Position numbers and translations under genes: made by a program. Below, piece by piece: positions 48,073 through 59,666 of a stretch of 64,000 bases of DNA; the stretch's first letter is position 1; the number at the start of each line of letters is the position of its first letter. Source of the stretch: Geosiphon pyriformis uo1 (taxonomy: Eukaryota > Fungi > Glomeromycota); contig JAAOMT010000384.1 of the NCBI GenBank assembly GCA_016748015.1, forward strand, positions 186,001 through 250,000, in the 5' to 3' direction. The notes under the pieces are model-generated. The model was not told the origin of the DNA and searched no databases. It saw nothing but the letters and a program-made list of their open reading frames with translations.

Positions 48073-50500
48073 ACTAAAAAAAACTCTTTCTCTCCTAAAT
48101 TTCATGACCACAAATAGAGCTAAGAGTAAAAAAGTTGCAAACGTTACTTTTCCTATAGTAACTAATAAAGTTTTAACACAAGAGGGCCTCTCTGTTATTG
48201 AAGCAGCTAGACAAAATGTTCTGGCAACATTTCCTTTAAAAAATAATAGTAATAAGCTGCCTTTAGCAGCTTCTGGTTTATTTTCTTCACCTTTGGCTGG
48301 TAGTTCTTCTTCAGTCAAAGTTTTTTCAAAAAGACACACTTGGGTTAGTCCCAGTGTTGTCTCCACTACTTCAAAAAGCCCAAAGATTTTTAATAACAGG
48401 CCAGTCAACAAGTTGGTCTTTCCTGCTCTCACTACTCCCACTATTACTTCTACTACTACTGCTTCACAAATGGCTGTAAAAGCAAAAAATCCCAAAAAAC
48501 AGCAGCAGGCAGTTGCAACTGCCATGGTCACACCAAACCTCTTTGTGGTTCCAGATGAGATCTTCAGTAAGATCTTCACAGCAGCAGCCAGCTCTATTCC
48601 TGATATGGATGGCAACAGCAGCAGCACATCTCCCAAGATGGGCCAAGATCAACCACTGGCTGTGTTGCCTGATGTGGTACTCTCCAGCAGATCATCGCCA
48701 ATCCCAGTAGCAAAACAGTCCATCAATCCAGATGATCTCAAAGATTGGGCTAATCAGATGGAAATGGAATCATCTGTGCCCCCCCAGTTTCTGGTGCATC
48801 TGATGCTGGTGCTTGGGAGAATGTGAATGGATGTCAAAGGTTCTCTGGTTGGGTGGCCTCCAATCTTGTACCTGGTGCTATGTTTAAGATTAAGATGGCT
48901 TTGCTCAGTTCTTTGTTTCAGTTGATGCCTGGTTGTATTGGGCTTAAATCTGTTTCACGAGATGCTGTCAAGTTGTTCTGTGTGGAATTTGCATCTCAGG
49001 AGTGTCTAAATGGTGCTACCAAAGTGGCCATTGGTGATGAGGTTTTTTTGACCACTCTTAAGATTGCATGGTCTTCAGGAGTGACCTCTGTTTCTTCCTC
49101 TTCTTTGTCAGTTATACTGCGCAATGTACCCTTGGGTGCCTCTTCTGATGACATCAAATCTGCTCTTGGCGTCTTTGGCGTTGTCACTTCTGTTAAGTTG
49201 AAGCCTGCTGGCTTATGGCAATATGCTGTGATTAACTTTAAGAACATTTCTTCTGCTGCTGCTGCTCTCTCTAACTGGTCTGTGTTGGTCAGAAAAGATA
49301 GTGTTAGGATTCTTCCCATTGCCAACCAAAAGGAGGTTATCTCCTCAAGAGATGCTTTCAAAGCTAAGCTGGTTAATTTTCCATTTGGCTGCACTGCATT
49401 TAAGATAAGTGATCTGGTCTTCCAAGTTGGTGGCCATACGTGTTTCATTCCCTGCTCCCCTGATTCCTATCAATGTCAACACTTTGCTGTGGTGACCTTT
49501 GATTCCTTGGAATCTTTAAATGCTGCTGTTTCAAAAACCAGTACCTTATGTGGCTGCCGCATCTGGTGGGAAACTCCTGGATGTCATCACTGCTATAGAT
49601 GTCAAAGTTTGGATCATTTGGCTGTGGACTGCAAGGTGTTGCCACCTCTCCCTCCCAAACTCTTCTAATTCCGCTGGTGGTCCCGCCTTTCTCAAGTCAT
49701 CTCTTGTTGGAGCTAAATTCTACGCCAAAGCTGCCACCTCTGTGGTTCCTCCTGTTGCTGCTGCTGCTAATATGGGTCTGGCTTTCAGTACCTCCTCCAA
49801 AGTTGTGGTGCCACTGTTGCCGGTTGCCTCCTCTGGTTCAGATGTTGCTGTTAATGCTAGATTGGCTTCTCTGGAAACCCAACTTAGTGAGCTGTCTTTG
49901 TTGATCAAATCTATAGTTGAGCCTGTGAGTTCTTTGGTTGCATTGGTTACTACGTTATTGTCTACTCCACCAGTTATAGCAGAGACAATGAAGGAAAGTG
50001 TGATTGGATTGGGAAACCAAATTAAGGCTGTTTGTGCTGTGGCTTCTGTGCTACAAAAGGAAATGGGGGCCCTCAAGTTGAGGAGTGAGAAGGTACACTA
50101 TAACATATCTGATGATGAAGACATGGATGATGATGATGATGATGGTAATGTTAAAGATTTTTTGGTCTATGATAATACATTTGATGCAATGATGGAGTTA
50201 TGAGAGGTTCAATCCTCTAATATCAAGTCCGATCCAGATCAGACAGCTAAGTGGATGAGCAGTCTCGTTAAGAGTAGTCATAAACTGGTATGCATTATGG
50301 GTAAGATGTATGAATTAGATATGTTTAATACATTAGGTAGCAAAGGTAGTACTAGCATGTAGTTAGGGCTTTCCACTTGTGGTTAGCCGCATCTTGTAAT
50401 ATGTATTATTGGGTGAACTGGCTTTATGAAACCGCCACATTACTGTGGACTAACTAATAAACAACCGGTGTGGCTACATGTTAACAAAAAAAAAAAAAAA
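48073..50500 (+). mobile_element. ORF1-only element (HAL1-like), copy 3, full length
   Basis: 23 bp TSD (19/23) at 48050-48072 and 50501-50523; poly(A); single ORF. Confidence 0.93.
48104..50362 (+). pseudogene. ORF1p-like protein of the non-autonomous element, ~750 codons (S/T/K-rich N-terminus, RRMs, CCHC, coiled coil, acidic tract)
   Basis: MTTNRAKSKK...GSKGSTSM*; two frameshifts and one stop; LRNVPLG..FGVV..WSVLVRKDSVRILP aligns with LINE ORF1 VRDIPLG..FGEV..WSTMVRKDAVRIYP. Confidence 0.88.
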
Positions 50501-50777
50501 AAATACACTTGAGAACATCTGTTGTATAGCATCTCTGCTGTCAGTAGCATGTTGTGAAATGATTTCATGATAAATGTTCTTATTGCTGAGGAACCAGCTG
50601 AGATGAAGCCTGAAGACATTTTACCATCCCAGTTCCAAATTTTGGTTGTGCACTCCCAGTCTATCTCCTGGTCTAAGGTCCCCAATGTTTTACATACTTT
50701 GCTATTTCTCATCCAATCCAAAGCTGCTTGAAGCCCAGTCTGTTGGCCCAGAAAATGTCTAATATTCAGATCTAATT

Positions 50778-53177
50778 TTTTTTTTTATGTTAATGTGTAC
50801 CCACACTGATTGTTTATTAGTTTTGTCCAACAATAAAGTTGGCACTTTCATAAAGCCAGCTCACCCAATAATACAAAGTTTACAAGATGTGGCTAACCAC
50901 TTAATGGAAAGCCCTAACTACATGCTAGTACTATCTTTGCTACTTAATGTATCAAACATTTCTAATTCGTACATCTTACCCATAATGCTAACAAGCTCAT
51001 GACTATTTTTAACCATACTACTCATCCACTTAGCAGTCTGATCAGGACTGGATTTAATACTGGAAGACTGATCTTCCCATAGGTGCATCATGACATTTAT
51101 AAACTGAAAAATCTTTATCTTCATCATCATCATTATCAACATCATCAACCATCTCATCAACATCTGATCTATTCTCCAAGCAAATCCGTTCACTTATTGT
51201 CTCAAGACATGTTAATCTTTTCTATATCACAGTGGCAACAGCAGCCAAGCCTTTATTTTGCTTAGCCAACCCATCTACACATTCCTTAACTGACACATTC
51301 ATGGCAGATGGAGTAGACAGCAATTTGGTAACCAATGCAACCAGAGCACCAACAGGTTCAACCAAGGATTTAATCAACACAAATAGTTCACTAAGGTGGA
51401 ATTCAAGAGAATTCAACCTAGATTCAACAGCAGTATTGGGAACAGAGGAAACAGCAGGCAACACAGGTGTTGTAGTTTCAGGAGAACCACCAAGATCCAA
51501 TTCCATATCAGCAGCAGCAGCACCAGGAGGAACCACAAAAACAGCAGCCTTGGCATAAGATTTAGATCCAACAAATGAAATTTTTGGGGCCACCAAAGGT
51601 AGAAGAGGCAACTTCTTGCAGTCCACAGCAAAATGATTCAAGTCTTGATACCTGTAGTAGCAGTGACACCCAGGAGTTTCCCACCAGATGCAACAACCAC
51701 GCAAGGTACCAGTTTTTAACACAGCAACATTCAGAGATTCCAAAGAATCAAAAGTAACCACAGCAAAGCATTGACGTCAATAAGATTCAGAGGAGTGAGG
51801 AATGAAACATGTATGGCTACCAACTTGGGAGACCAAATCACTTATCTCAAAGGCAGTACAGCCAAATGGAAGATTGACTAACTTAGCTTTGAATGCATCT
51901 CTTGAGGAAATAACCTCCTTTTGGTTGGCAACAAGAAGAATCCTAACACTATCTTTTTTGACCAATACAGACCAGTTAGAGAGAGCAGCAGCAGCAGAAG
52001 AAATGTCCTTAAAATTAACCACAGCATATTGCCATAAGCCAGCAGGCTTCAACTTAACAGAAGTGACAACGCCAAAAATGCCAAGAGCAGTTTTGATGTC
52101 ATCAGAAGAGGTACCCAAAGGTATGTCACGCAGTGCAACTGACAAGAAAGGGAAGAAACAGAGGCCACACCAGAAGACCATGCAATCTTAAGAGTGGTCA
52201 AAAACACCTCATCACTAATGGCCACTTTGGTGGCACCATTTAGACACTCCTGAGATGCAAATTCTACACAGAACAACTTAACAGCATCTTGTGAAACTGA
52301 CTTAAGCCTAATACAACCAGGCAGTAACTGAAACAAAGAACCAAGCAGGGCCATTTTGATCTTGAATGTAGCTCTAGGTACTAGATTGGAGGCCACCCAA
52401 CCAGAGAACCTCTGATAACCATTCACATTTTCCCAAACACTACCATTAGCAGCACCAGAAACTGGGGGAGGGACAGTTGATTCCATTTCCATCTGATCAG
52501 CCCAATCTTTGAGATCATCTGAATTGATGAACTGTTTTGCTACTGGGATTGGTGATGATCTGCTGGAGATTACCACATCAGACAATATAGCCAGTGGTTG
52601 ATCTTGGCCCATCTTGGGAGATGTGTCACTGCTGTTGCCATCCATATCAGAAAGAGGGCTGGCTGCTGCTCTGGAGATCTTACTGAAGATCTCATCTGAA
52701 ACCACAAAGGGGTTCAGTGCAACCATAGCAATTGTGACTGCCTGCTGCTGTTTTTTGGAATTTTTGGCTTTTGCAGTCATTTGTAAAGCAAAAATAGTAG
52801 TAGTAGTAGTAGTGGGAGTGGTGAGAGCAGGAAAGACCAACTTGTTGACTGGTCTGTTATTAAAAATCTTTGGACTTTTTGAAGTAGTGAAGACAACACT
52901 GGGACTAACCTGAGTGTGTCTTTTTGAAGAAACTTTGACTGGAGAAGAACTACCAGCCAAAGGTAAAGAAAATGAACCAGAAGCTGCTAAAGGCAGCTTA
53001 TTACTATTATTTTTTAAAGGAAATGTTGCCAAAACGTTTTGTCTAGCTGCTTTAATAACAGAGAGACCCTCTTGTGTTGAAACTTTATTAGTCACTATAG
53101 GAAAAGTAACATTTGCAACTTTTTTACTCTTAGCTCTATTCGTGGTCATGAAATTTAGGAGAGAAATTGTTTTTTTC
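50778..53177 (-). mobile_element. ORF1-only element (HAL1-like), copy 4, full length
   Basis: 13 bp TSD TTCAGATC(T/C)AATT at 50765-50777 and 53178-53190; poly(T) at the left end. Confidence 0.93.
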
Positions 53178-56100
53178 TTCAGATCCAATTCCACTCCTTC
53201 ACAAAGGGAAATGTAGCTAATGTCCTTATTGCTGTAGGCCCACCCTATTGTGGCTAAAGCAGTAGCTTCTTTGGCAAGTTTGTTAGCCATCTCATTTTCA
53301 GTTATATCAGTGTGTGCAGCCACTTTGTTTATGGTGAGATCAATTCTCTTTTCACTTATTACAGCTTTGATTGCATTCCATGTGCACCAGTTAGAGGTTT
53401 TGAGCTGATTCCTAACAGACAGAGAAGAATCTTTGGACAACCACTTCTGAGCTGTTGACACTACTGCTTGGCTATCTGTGTTTAATGTCAGTTTACATTT
53501 GTAAGAGACTGCTTCCAAAGCCAATAGTACAGCTTTTGTCTCAGTTTTTGTTGATGATAATGTCCTGTCAACTGTTATGCCAAAGTTGGCATCAATTCCA
53601 TGTGTCACAAAGGCAGCTGTTCCTTTAGTATCCTTAGAACCAGCTTTTACCAGTGAGCCATCAGTTGATATTTCTATTTTTTTTCTGAGTCTTAACTTTT
53701 CTCATATGCTCCTCTATTGTGATATTAAAGTTTCTGGAATTTGGATGTAAATAGAGTCCCTTTGTATCATTTCCAGATCATCTGGTATTTGATTATCAAT
53801 CTTTTGCATTCCCATTGCTTCACATTGTGCTACATCAATGTTTCTGTGTTCATCCATGATGATTGTAGACTCTAATATCTTAAACCAATTGGATATTCTA
53901 TCATTGTCACTCTGTCTGTATCTTCTTGTGAAGTCCATCCATGTCATTAATGATCCATCCCTGTTTTGCACTTGATGCAAATACAAAATGTTTTTCTTCC
54001 TTAGTAAGCCTCTAACTTTGGTGTAAATTGCACATGAAGCTATAGTGGTTTCAATTAAGTATGCTTGTGGTCTTGAAGATTCAGATATCCCATCTGTGTT
54101 ACCAGAGCTTTTGAGTGAGATGCCCCTTTCCCTCATAATCTGCATGATATTGCCTTTAAGATTAGCCCCTGGCTTAGATCATTCATCAGTGGGATATTCA
54201 AGTATACTATGAGCTGACCATTTTTGTGCCTGTAAGTTGGCTAGTCTGATTTTGGTAGTCATTCCAGCAATATCATTACTGTTCAATCTAACTAACAAAT
54301 CTGTGATCTTGCTTTTTGCTTGTATATCATCAATTTTAAACAAGTTATACAAGGATGAGTGATGCATGGCACTGGCTGGGAAATCTACTAAAAGTCTAGC
54401 CTTTTTCTTTACAGTGGCTGAGATCTTCGAAGTCCATCTTCTGGTCCAACTATTTGGAATATGGGTCAATTGAGATCTAAATTCTATTGCTGGACTTAGT
54501 ATACTGTTGAAAATGTAGATCACCTGCTTTTCAGTAATGTGTTTTTCCTAATAACTCCACACACTGCTTTAATGTCAGATCCAATCATTTTTAGTACAGT
54601 TTCATTTTTCCCATTAGCTCTGATCCACACTCCCAAATATCTGGTACATGTAGACGGATCCAGCAGTTTCAGAGGTTGTTTGTTTGACCCAAATATCAGT
54701 GGCTCAACTGCCACTGATTTTTTCTTAGAGGATCTGACCACTATTATTTCAGTCTTATCCAAGTTGATCTCAATGTCCACCATTCTAAAGAAGAAGCTGG
54801 CTGTGTCTAGAATACTCTGTATTCCCTGTCTTGAGTTTGCTATCTACACGGTGTCGTCAACAAAGGCAAGGTGATTTACTGATACCAACAGGGATTGTGT
54901 GTCCATATGATTGTCCCACTTTTTCTACTCAGCTGTTAGTTTGTACCCTTGGCTATAATTGGTCTCTTTCACTTCACACAGTAAGGGGTCATAAAAAATC
55001 CTTTACATAATGGGTGAGCTTGTTTCCCCCTGATCTAGCCCATCTTATACATGATATTCATTACTTAATCCAAATTTGGTTATGATTCTATTACTTCTGT
55101 TGTTATGCATCAAGCCAAACAGTTTAGTAAACCTATTGTTTATTTTAGTGCAGCTTCCATGGATTTCCAACCAACTGAATCATATGCCTTTTTCATGTCC
55201 TGAAATGTAAACCAGTCCTTATTACCAAATTCTCTTGCATGCTCAGCTACAGCATTAATTACATGAATTGGCACAGCTGTAGAGGTATTCTTTAAAAGTG
55301 AGGTGTTGTAACCTTTTAGGACATTGTGTAGCTCACATGCTTTTGATATTCTTACAGTTAGAATCTTTGTTAAAATTTTTCTGGTACTTTCAATAAATGT
55401 GATCGGTCTGGTGATGTCAATATTGCCACCCCATTTTTTTGGCTTTGGAATTAGTATGACTTGTGCTATTCTCCATTCCTCTGGCATGTTTGCCAATTCT
55501 ATGCATGTATTAAGCAATGTTCTCAGTTTGGACTTGGTGTTAGGCCCAGCTTTCCTCCAGAGCTCAGCTTGAATGCCTGATGGGCCAGGGGCTTTGTTGT
55601 GAGATGTGTGACTTAGTATGTGTTCAAATTCTTCATTTGTTATTTCAGTCATCACACCATCAAAGGCATGATCTGGAATGCTGTCAATTGGCTTAAACCT
55701 GTTTTCCCAACTTTTCCATAGCTCAGGTTCAAGAATTCTTGTTCTAGTCCAACCTTGAGCTTTTTTGTTTACCAGCTTTTTGATTTCATCAAGATTGTCA
55801 TGAAATTTGCCTTCTTCAATGACATGGTCTAGTACTATTCTTTGTCAAAATGCTTTTGATCATTGCTCTTTTGTTTAGTTCAAAGTTTTGTTGTCTTTTG
55901 ATGATATTGTCTATGATCTGTCTCTGCTGTTGTAGCCTGATTCTAGCTTGCAGTGTTGATCTGTATTCTTTCTTGATGCTGATTAATTCTGTAATAAGCT
56001 TATCTTTTGGAAGAGTTATCAGATATGCAGTTACTGTATCAGGTTTCAGCTGTTTCCATTTAGCCAACAACTGCATAACATTGTTATCATGCATATCTGT

Positions 56101-59100
56101 ATTGTTTACTCTTATTTGTTTGATTATATCAGCAATAATCTTAACAAGTTTGTGATTCATGCATTTTTTCTTAGTGTGTATAGATTGGGCTCCCACTTTC
56201 CTTTTTGGTAGGCAGTCAGCAGCTTGTAACACAGTCTTCTTGATTGTAAGCCACATCTGGTTTAGATTATCATTGCAGTTATCTACTGATTTTTTTTGTG
56301 CTTCATCTGTCAATTGATCAGTTTCTCTTGCATAGATTTCCCATTGTACCCCAGATGTTTTTTTAACATCAATTATAGTCATGCTACTTTTTTTTCTTCC
56401 AGATCTGATTCTGTCAGATCAGAACATTGTTATTACTGCTTTGTGATCAGTGCTAAATGATTTATTAACATCTACCACCCCAATATTTGTAACCATTGAG
56501 GCTGTAACTACATCAGTAAACACATAGTCTAATCTTCTTTGTACTCCATTTGATGCCCATGTCTTTTCTGGATTGTTTATTGTATAAGCTCCATGTGTGT
56601 TCACCAAATTCATATGTTGCAATGTTGTAGCAGTAGGATAGGCTTTGACCTTATTTGTAGCAAATGTTTCCTCAAGTGATTTGGATGACATATCTTCATT
56701 CAAATCACCTGCAACTATGATTATCTCTTTGTTTTGCACAATGTCTCCCAAAAGTTTTCTGATCTCCTTTGCTACTGCCTTCTCAGTAGGTAATTTGGAA
56801 GCAGACATATACAACCCTACTATATGCACACTGATTCTACTCCTAAATTTCAACACCAAATGTAACAGCCTCCCATAATATCCCTTGATTGTTTCCACAT
56901 GGTGCATCCCATTTGTTTCTCAGCACTTGACTTCCAAAAGATGTGGTATTTATCAGAGCCAAAAAATACTCCCTTTTCTTTGGTAGGAGTTAGTTTAGTT
57001 TCTGTAATAATTATGAAGTCAAATTATTCTCCAATACATCATTGTAGCACCTTTTCAGCTTTGCCAACTTTCCAAGTATTGATGTTGGAATAGTTCTGTT
57101 CTGTGTTGGGATCAGGTGTGCTACACATCATCTGTTTCTATAAGTTTAGATTCCCCAGCAGCAGGATCGCCCCAGCCACCCTGTTTTTTTACTTGCTTTA
57201 GCAACTCCAGAATGGGTTCCAATGTTTCTTTAATTATCCTAATTTCCCTCTCTGGATCATATGCCTCTTTTTTCTCTTCCAGGTCAGACTTAGATGTAGT
57301 GCTCTGGCTTAGTACCCTGGTCTCTGCCTCTTTTTTTTTTCTGAGATGTTACTTTGCTGTTGAGCAACCAATATGTCTTTTTCTTTTTCTACTGTTACTC
57401 CAAGCTTGGCAGTCACAGCACTCAGCAGTTTGGCCATTTCATTAATCTGTTGTCTCAATTTATCAATTTCAGCCTTCCATGGTTGGTTGATCCCCTTTTT
57501 TGGTTGTTCTTCTTTATTGTTCACTTGTAGACCAGTTCTTGGAGATCTGTTTGAGTTTGTGTTATTTAGCTTATGAGGTAGTCTGAGTGCAGCCATTTCA
57601 GCATATGATTTTCTACCAAAGCCTTTAATGGATTCCTCTGGAACATTCTTTCTAACATACAGTTTTGCCAATCTAATATTGTTGGTAGCTTTCTTTGTAT
57701 CTCCTTCCTTCTTCTTGTGTAGAATTGGACATTTGGAGACCAAATGCCCTACTTGGTAACAAAAGTGACACTCTTTGGCATCAGTAGGTACCCAATGCAC
57801 CAATGTGTCTCCAATTACTAAGGGCTTTTTGGTAGCACTGTTGTGGCTGGCTTCACTGTCAAATCCTATGTAAGCACAGCCCATCCTTGTGTAATTCTTG
57901 CTAGTTCTTGGGATAAAGCAAAATTGGGCTTTGATCTGGTCCAGTGTGGTGCTCAAGTAGTGAGCAGTACAATTTTGTGGTAAGCCCACCAATTTAGCTT
58001 CCCAGGTTTTTCTCTGCTCAACAACTTTTTGGGTTCCAATCATTGGGTAAATTCTAACTGCATCCTTCTGACCATGGTTGACCATTGGTTTATGGCTTTG
58101 GTTGCCTCTTCCTGGTTGTTATACTCGACCACAGCTGATTGCCATTTTCCAGTCACTTTTAGTTAGACTTTTTTAACTTCACCAAATTCTTTCATGGCAG
58201 TTCCTACTTCTCTATCTGAAATTCTTAAGGGAATATCTCTCACCAGGACATTCCTTTGGCCTGTCATCAGGTTGGTAATGCCATCAGTAGCCATCAAAAA
58301 AGATTCTATTTCTTTATTTGTTAGGACTTTTCTGGCCTGATCTCTTCTAGCCACTTAAGAGAAATTCATTCTGATTTCTTGGTTTTTTGTCATCACAGCT
58401 CCCAAGAAGTAGCTGACATCTCCCAGCAGGTTGTAAATCCATCCCACCTTTTTTTCCATGTTTTTTTCCAGTATATCTAATGTCTGCACAAAGAGCACAT
58501 GTCTCTTTGTTCCATGAACCACAGTTTTCTATTCTTCCTTGTAGTTTGGTTCCATGAACATGGGTTTTTTGCCAAGTGATTTACTCTTATATTGGCCTGG
58601 ACTTGGACTTGCTATTCTGCTAGACAAGCCCAATTCAGAGTCTTCCATGTCCTCTGCAGTGTTATTCATATTGGCCTTATCTTTGTTTGCAACAAATAAA
58701 TTGTTCATTTGCTCCTCATTTTCCGCCACAGAATTTCCACTGTTAATCCTGTCCAAAATATTAAGATTGCACTTTCTCAAAGCAGCTTCTATTTGTGCAG
58801 CTCTTTTACTGTCTTCTTTAGGTGTTTTTGAAGGTCTATCCATTTTTTTCAGAGACTTTGAGGCCCCCTTTTCACCAGTCCAAGCTTTCATTTGGAATTT
58901 GTTGCTATTTCCTCCTTTGTTGAATATTGGTTGTAAAACAAAGTTGTTGGTTTGTGTTGTTATGTTTTCGGATGAGTCTTCTTCAATTATTTGGTTGAAT
59001 TTCTCAGTTAACCCTTTTATGCTTATTCTTCCAATGTGTCTGTACTTTTTGTCAGTTTTTTCTTCTAGTCTGTTGCCTGTTGTTGGAGAAAAGTCTGCCA

Positions 59101-59520
59101 CTTGCCTATGTGGAGCTGTTTTTTTTGCTGTGTTAGCAATTCTGAAAGGTGTGTTGTCTTCACTACTTGTGTTTACACTTCCAAATTGTCTGTTGTCAGT
59201 TTCAAATCTGAATGGAGGTGTAGTAGGCTTAGCAGTTTCCACTGTTGTCAGTTTATGTGAAATTGTGTTGTTTTTTTCTTTATCTGTAGCAGAAGCTATG
59301 TTTAATTCTACTTGGTTATTATTTTTAATAGTCTTTTCACTTATACTTCTTTGGATGACTGGTGTCACTTTATTAAAGGTGTAGTTGTCAGACACTTTTA
59401 AGTCTGTTGTGTTAATAATAATATATTATGTTTTAAAGGTCTCTTTGCAAAAAACTTAATTTCCAAATTTAAGGCATAGTAAATTGTATGATAGCAGTCA
59501 AAGAGAGAAAAAAAGTTTTT

Positions 59521-59666
59521 TTTTTGATCAGGTCAATGATCAGGTCAATGGTCAGATTATTGATCAGGTCAATGATCACTTACTAAAAATAGAGTGGCTA
59601 ATTTATGTGACATTAGTGGCTAATACATGTGATAATTAATAAGAAGTATAAGTTTCAACCATAATA
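59521..59666 (-). repeat. 5' part of a family B LTR, interrupted by LINE copy 3
   Basis: Matches the LTR start inverted; ends CCATAATA, followed by ATAT. Confidence 0.88.

Larger units (their letters stand above)
47299..59520 (-). mobile_element. LINE copy 3, full length, carrying two ORF1-only element insertions
   Basis: Poly(T) 47299-47311 plus tail; ORF2 C-terminus ..FFGYISM*; RNase H ~53190-53680; RT, APE, ORF1 57121-59395; 5' end ~59520. Confidence 0.93.

Noticed and set aside
47713-48826. 307 aa (minus) and 263 aa (plus) ORFs crossing 48073
   Set aside because: Read-through across the insertion boundary of copy 3; the likely real start is the ATG at 48104
52049-53608. 519 aa ORF that looks like an RNase H-ORF1p fusion gene
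   Set aside because: Chance in-frame junction: ORF1-only copy 4 inserted into the LINE just after RNase H, and the TSD at 53178-53190 marks the join
58554-59384. Long antisense ORFs over LINE ORF1 (also 10746-11285, 39624-40205) and over the ORF1-only element
   Set aside because: Low-complexity L/S/F-rich shadow frames expected from strand-biased codon use; no motifs
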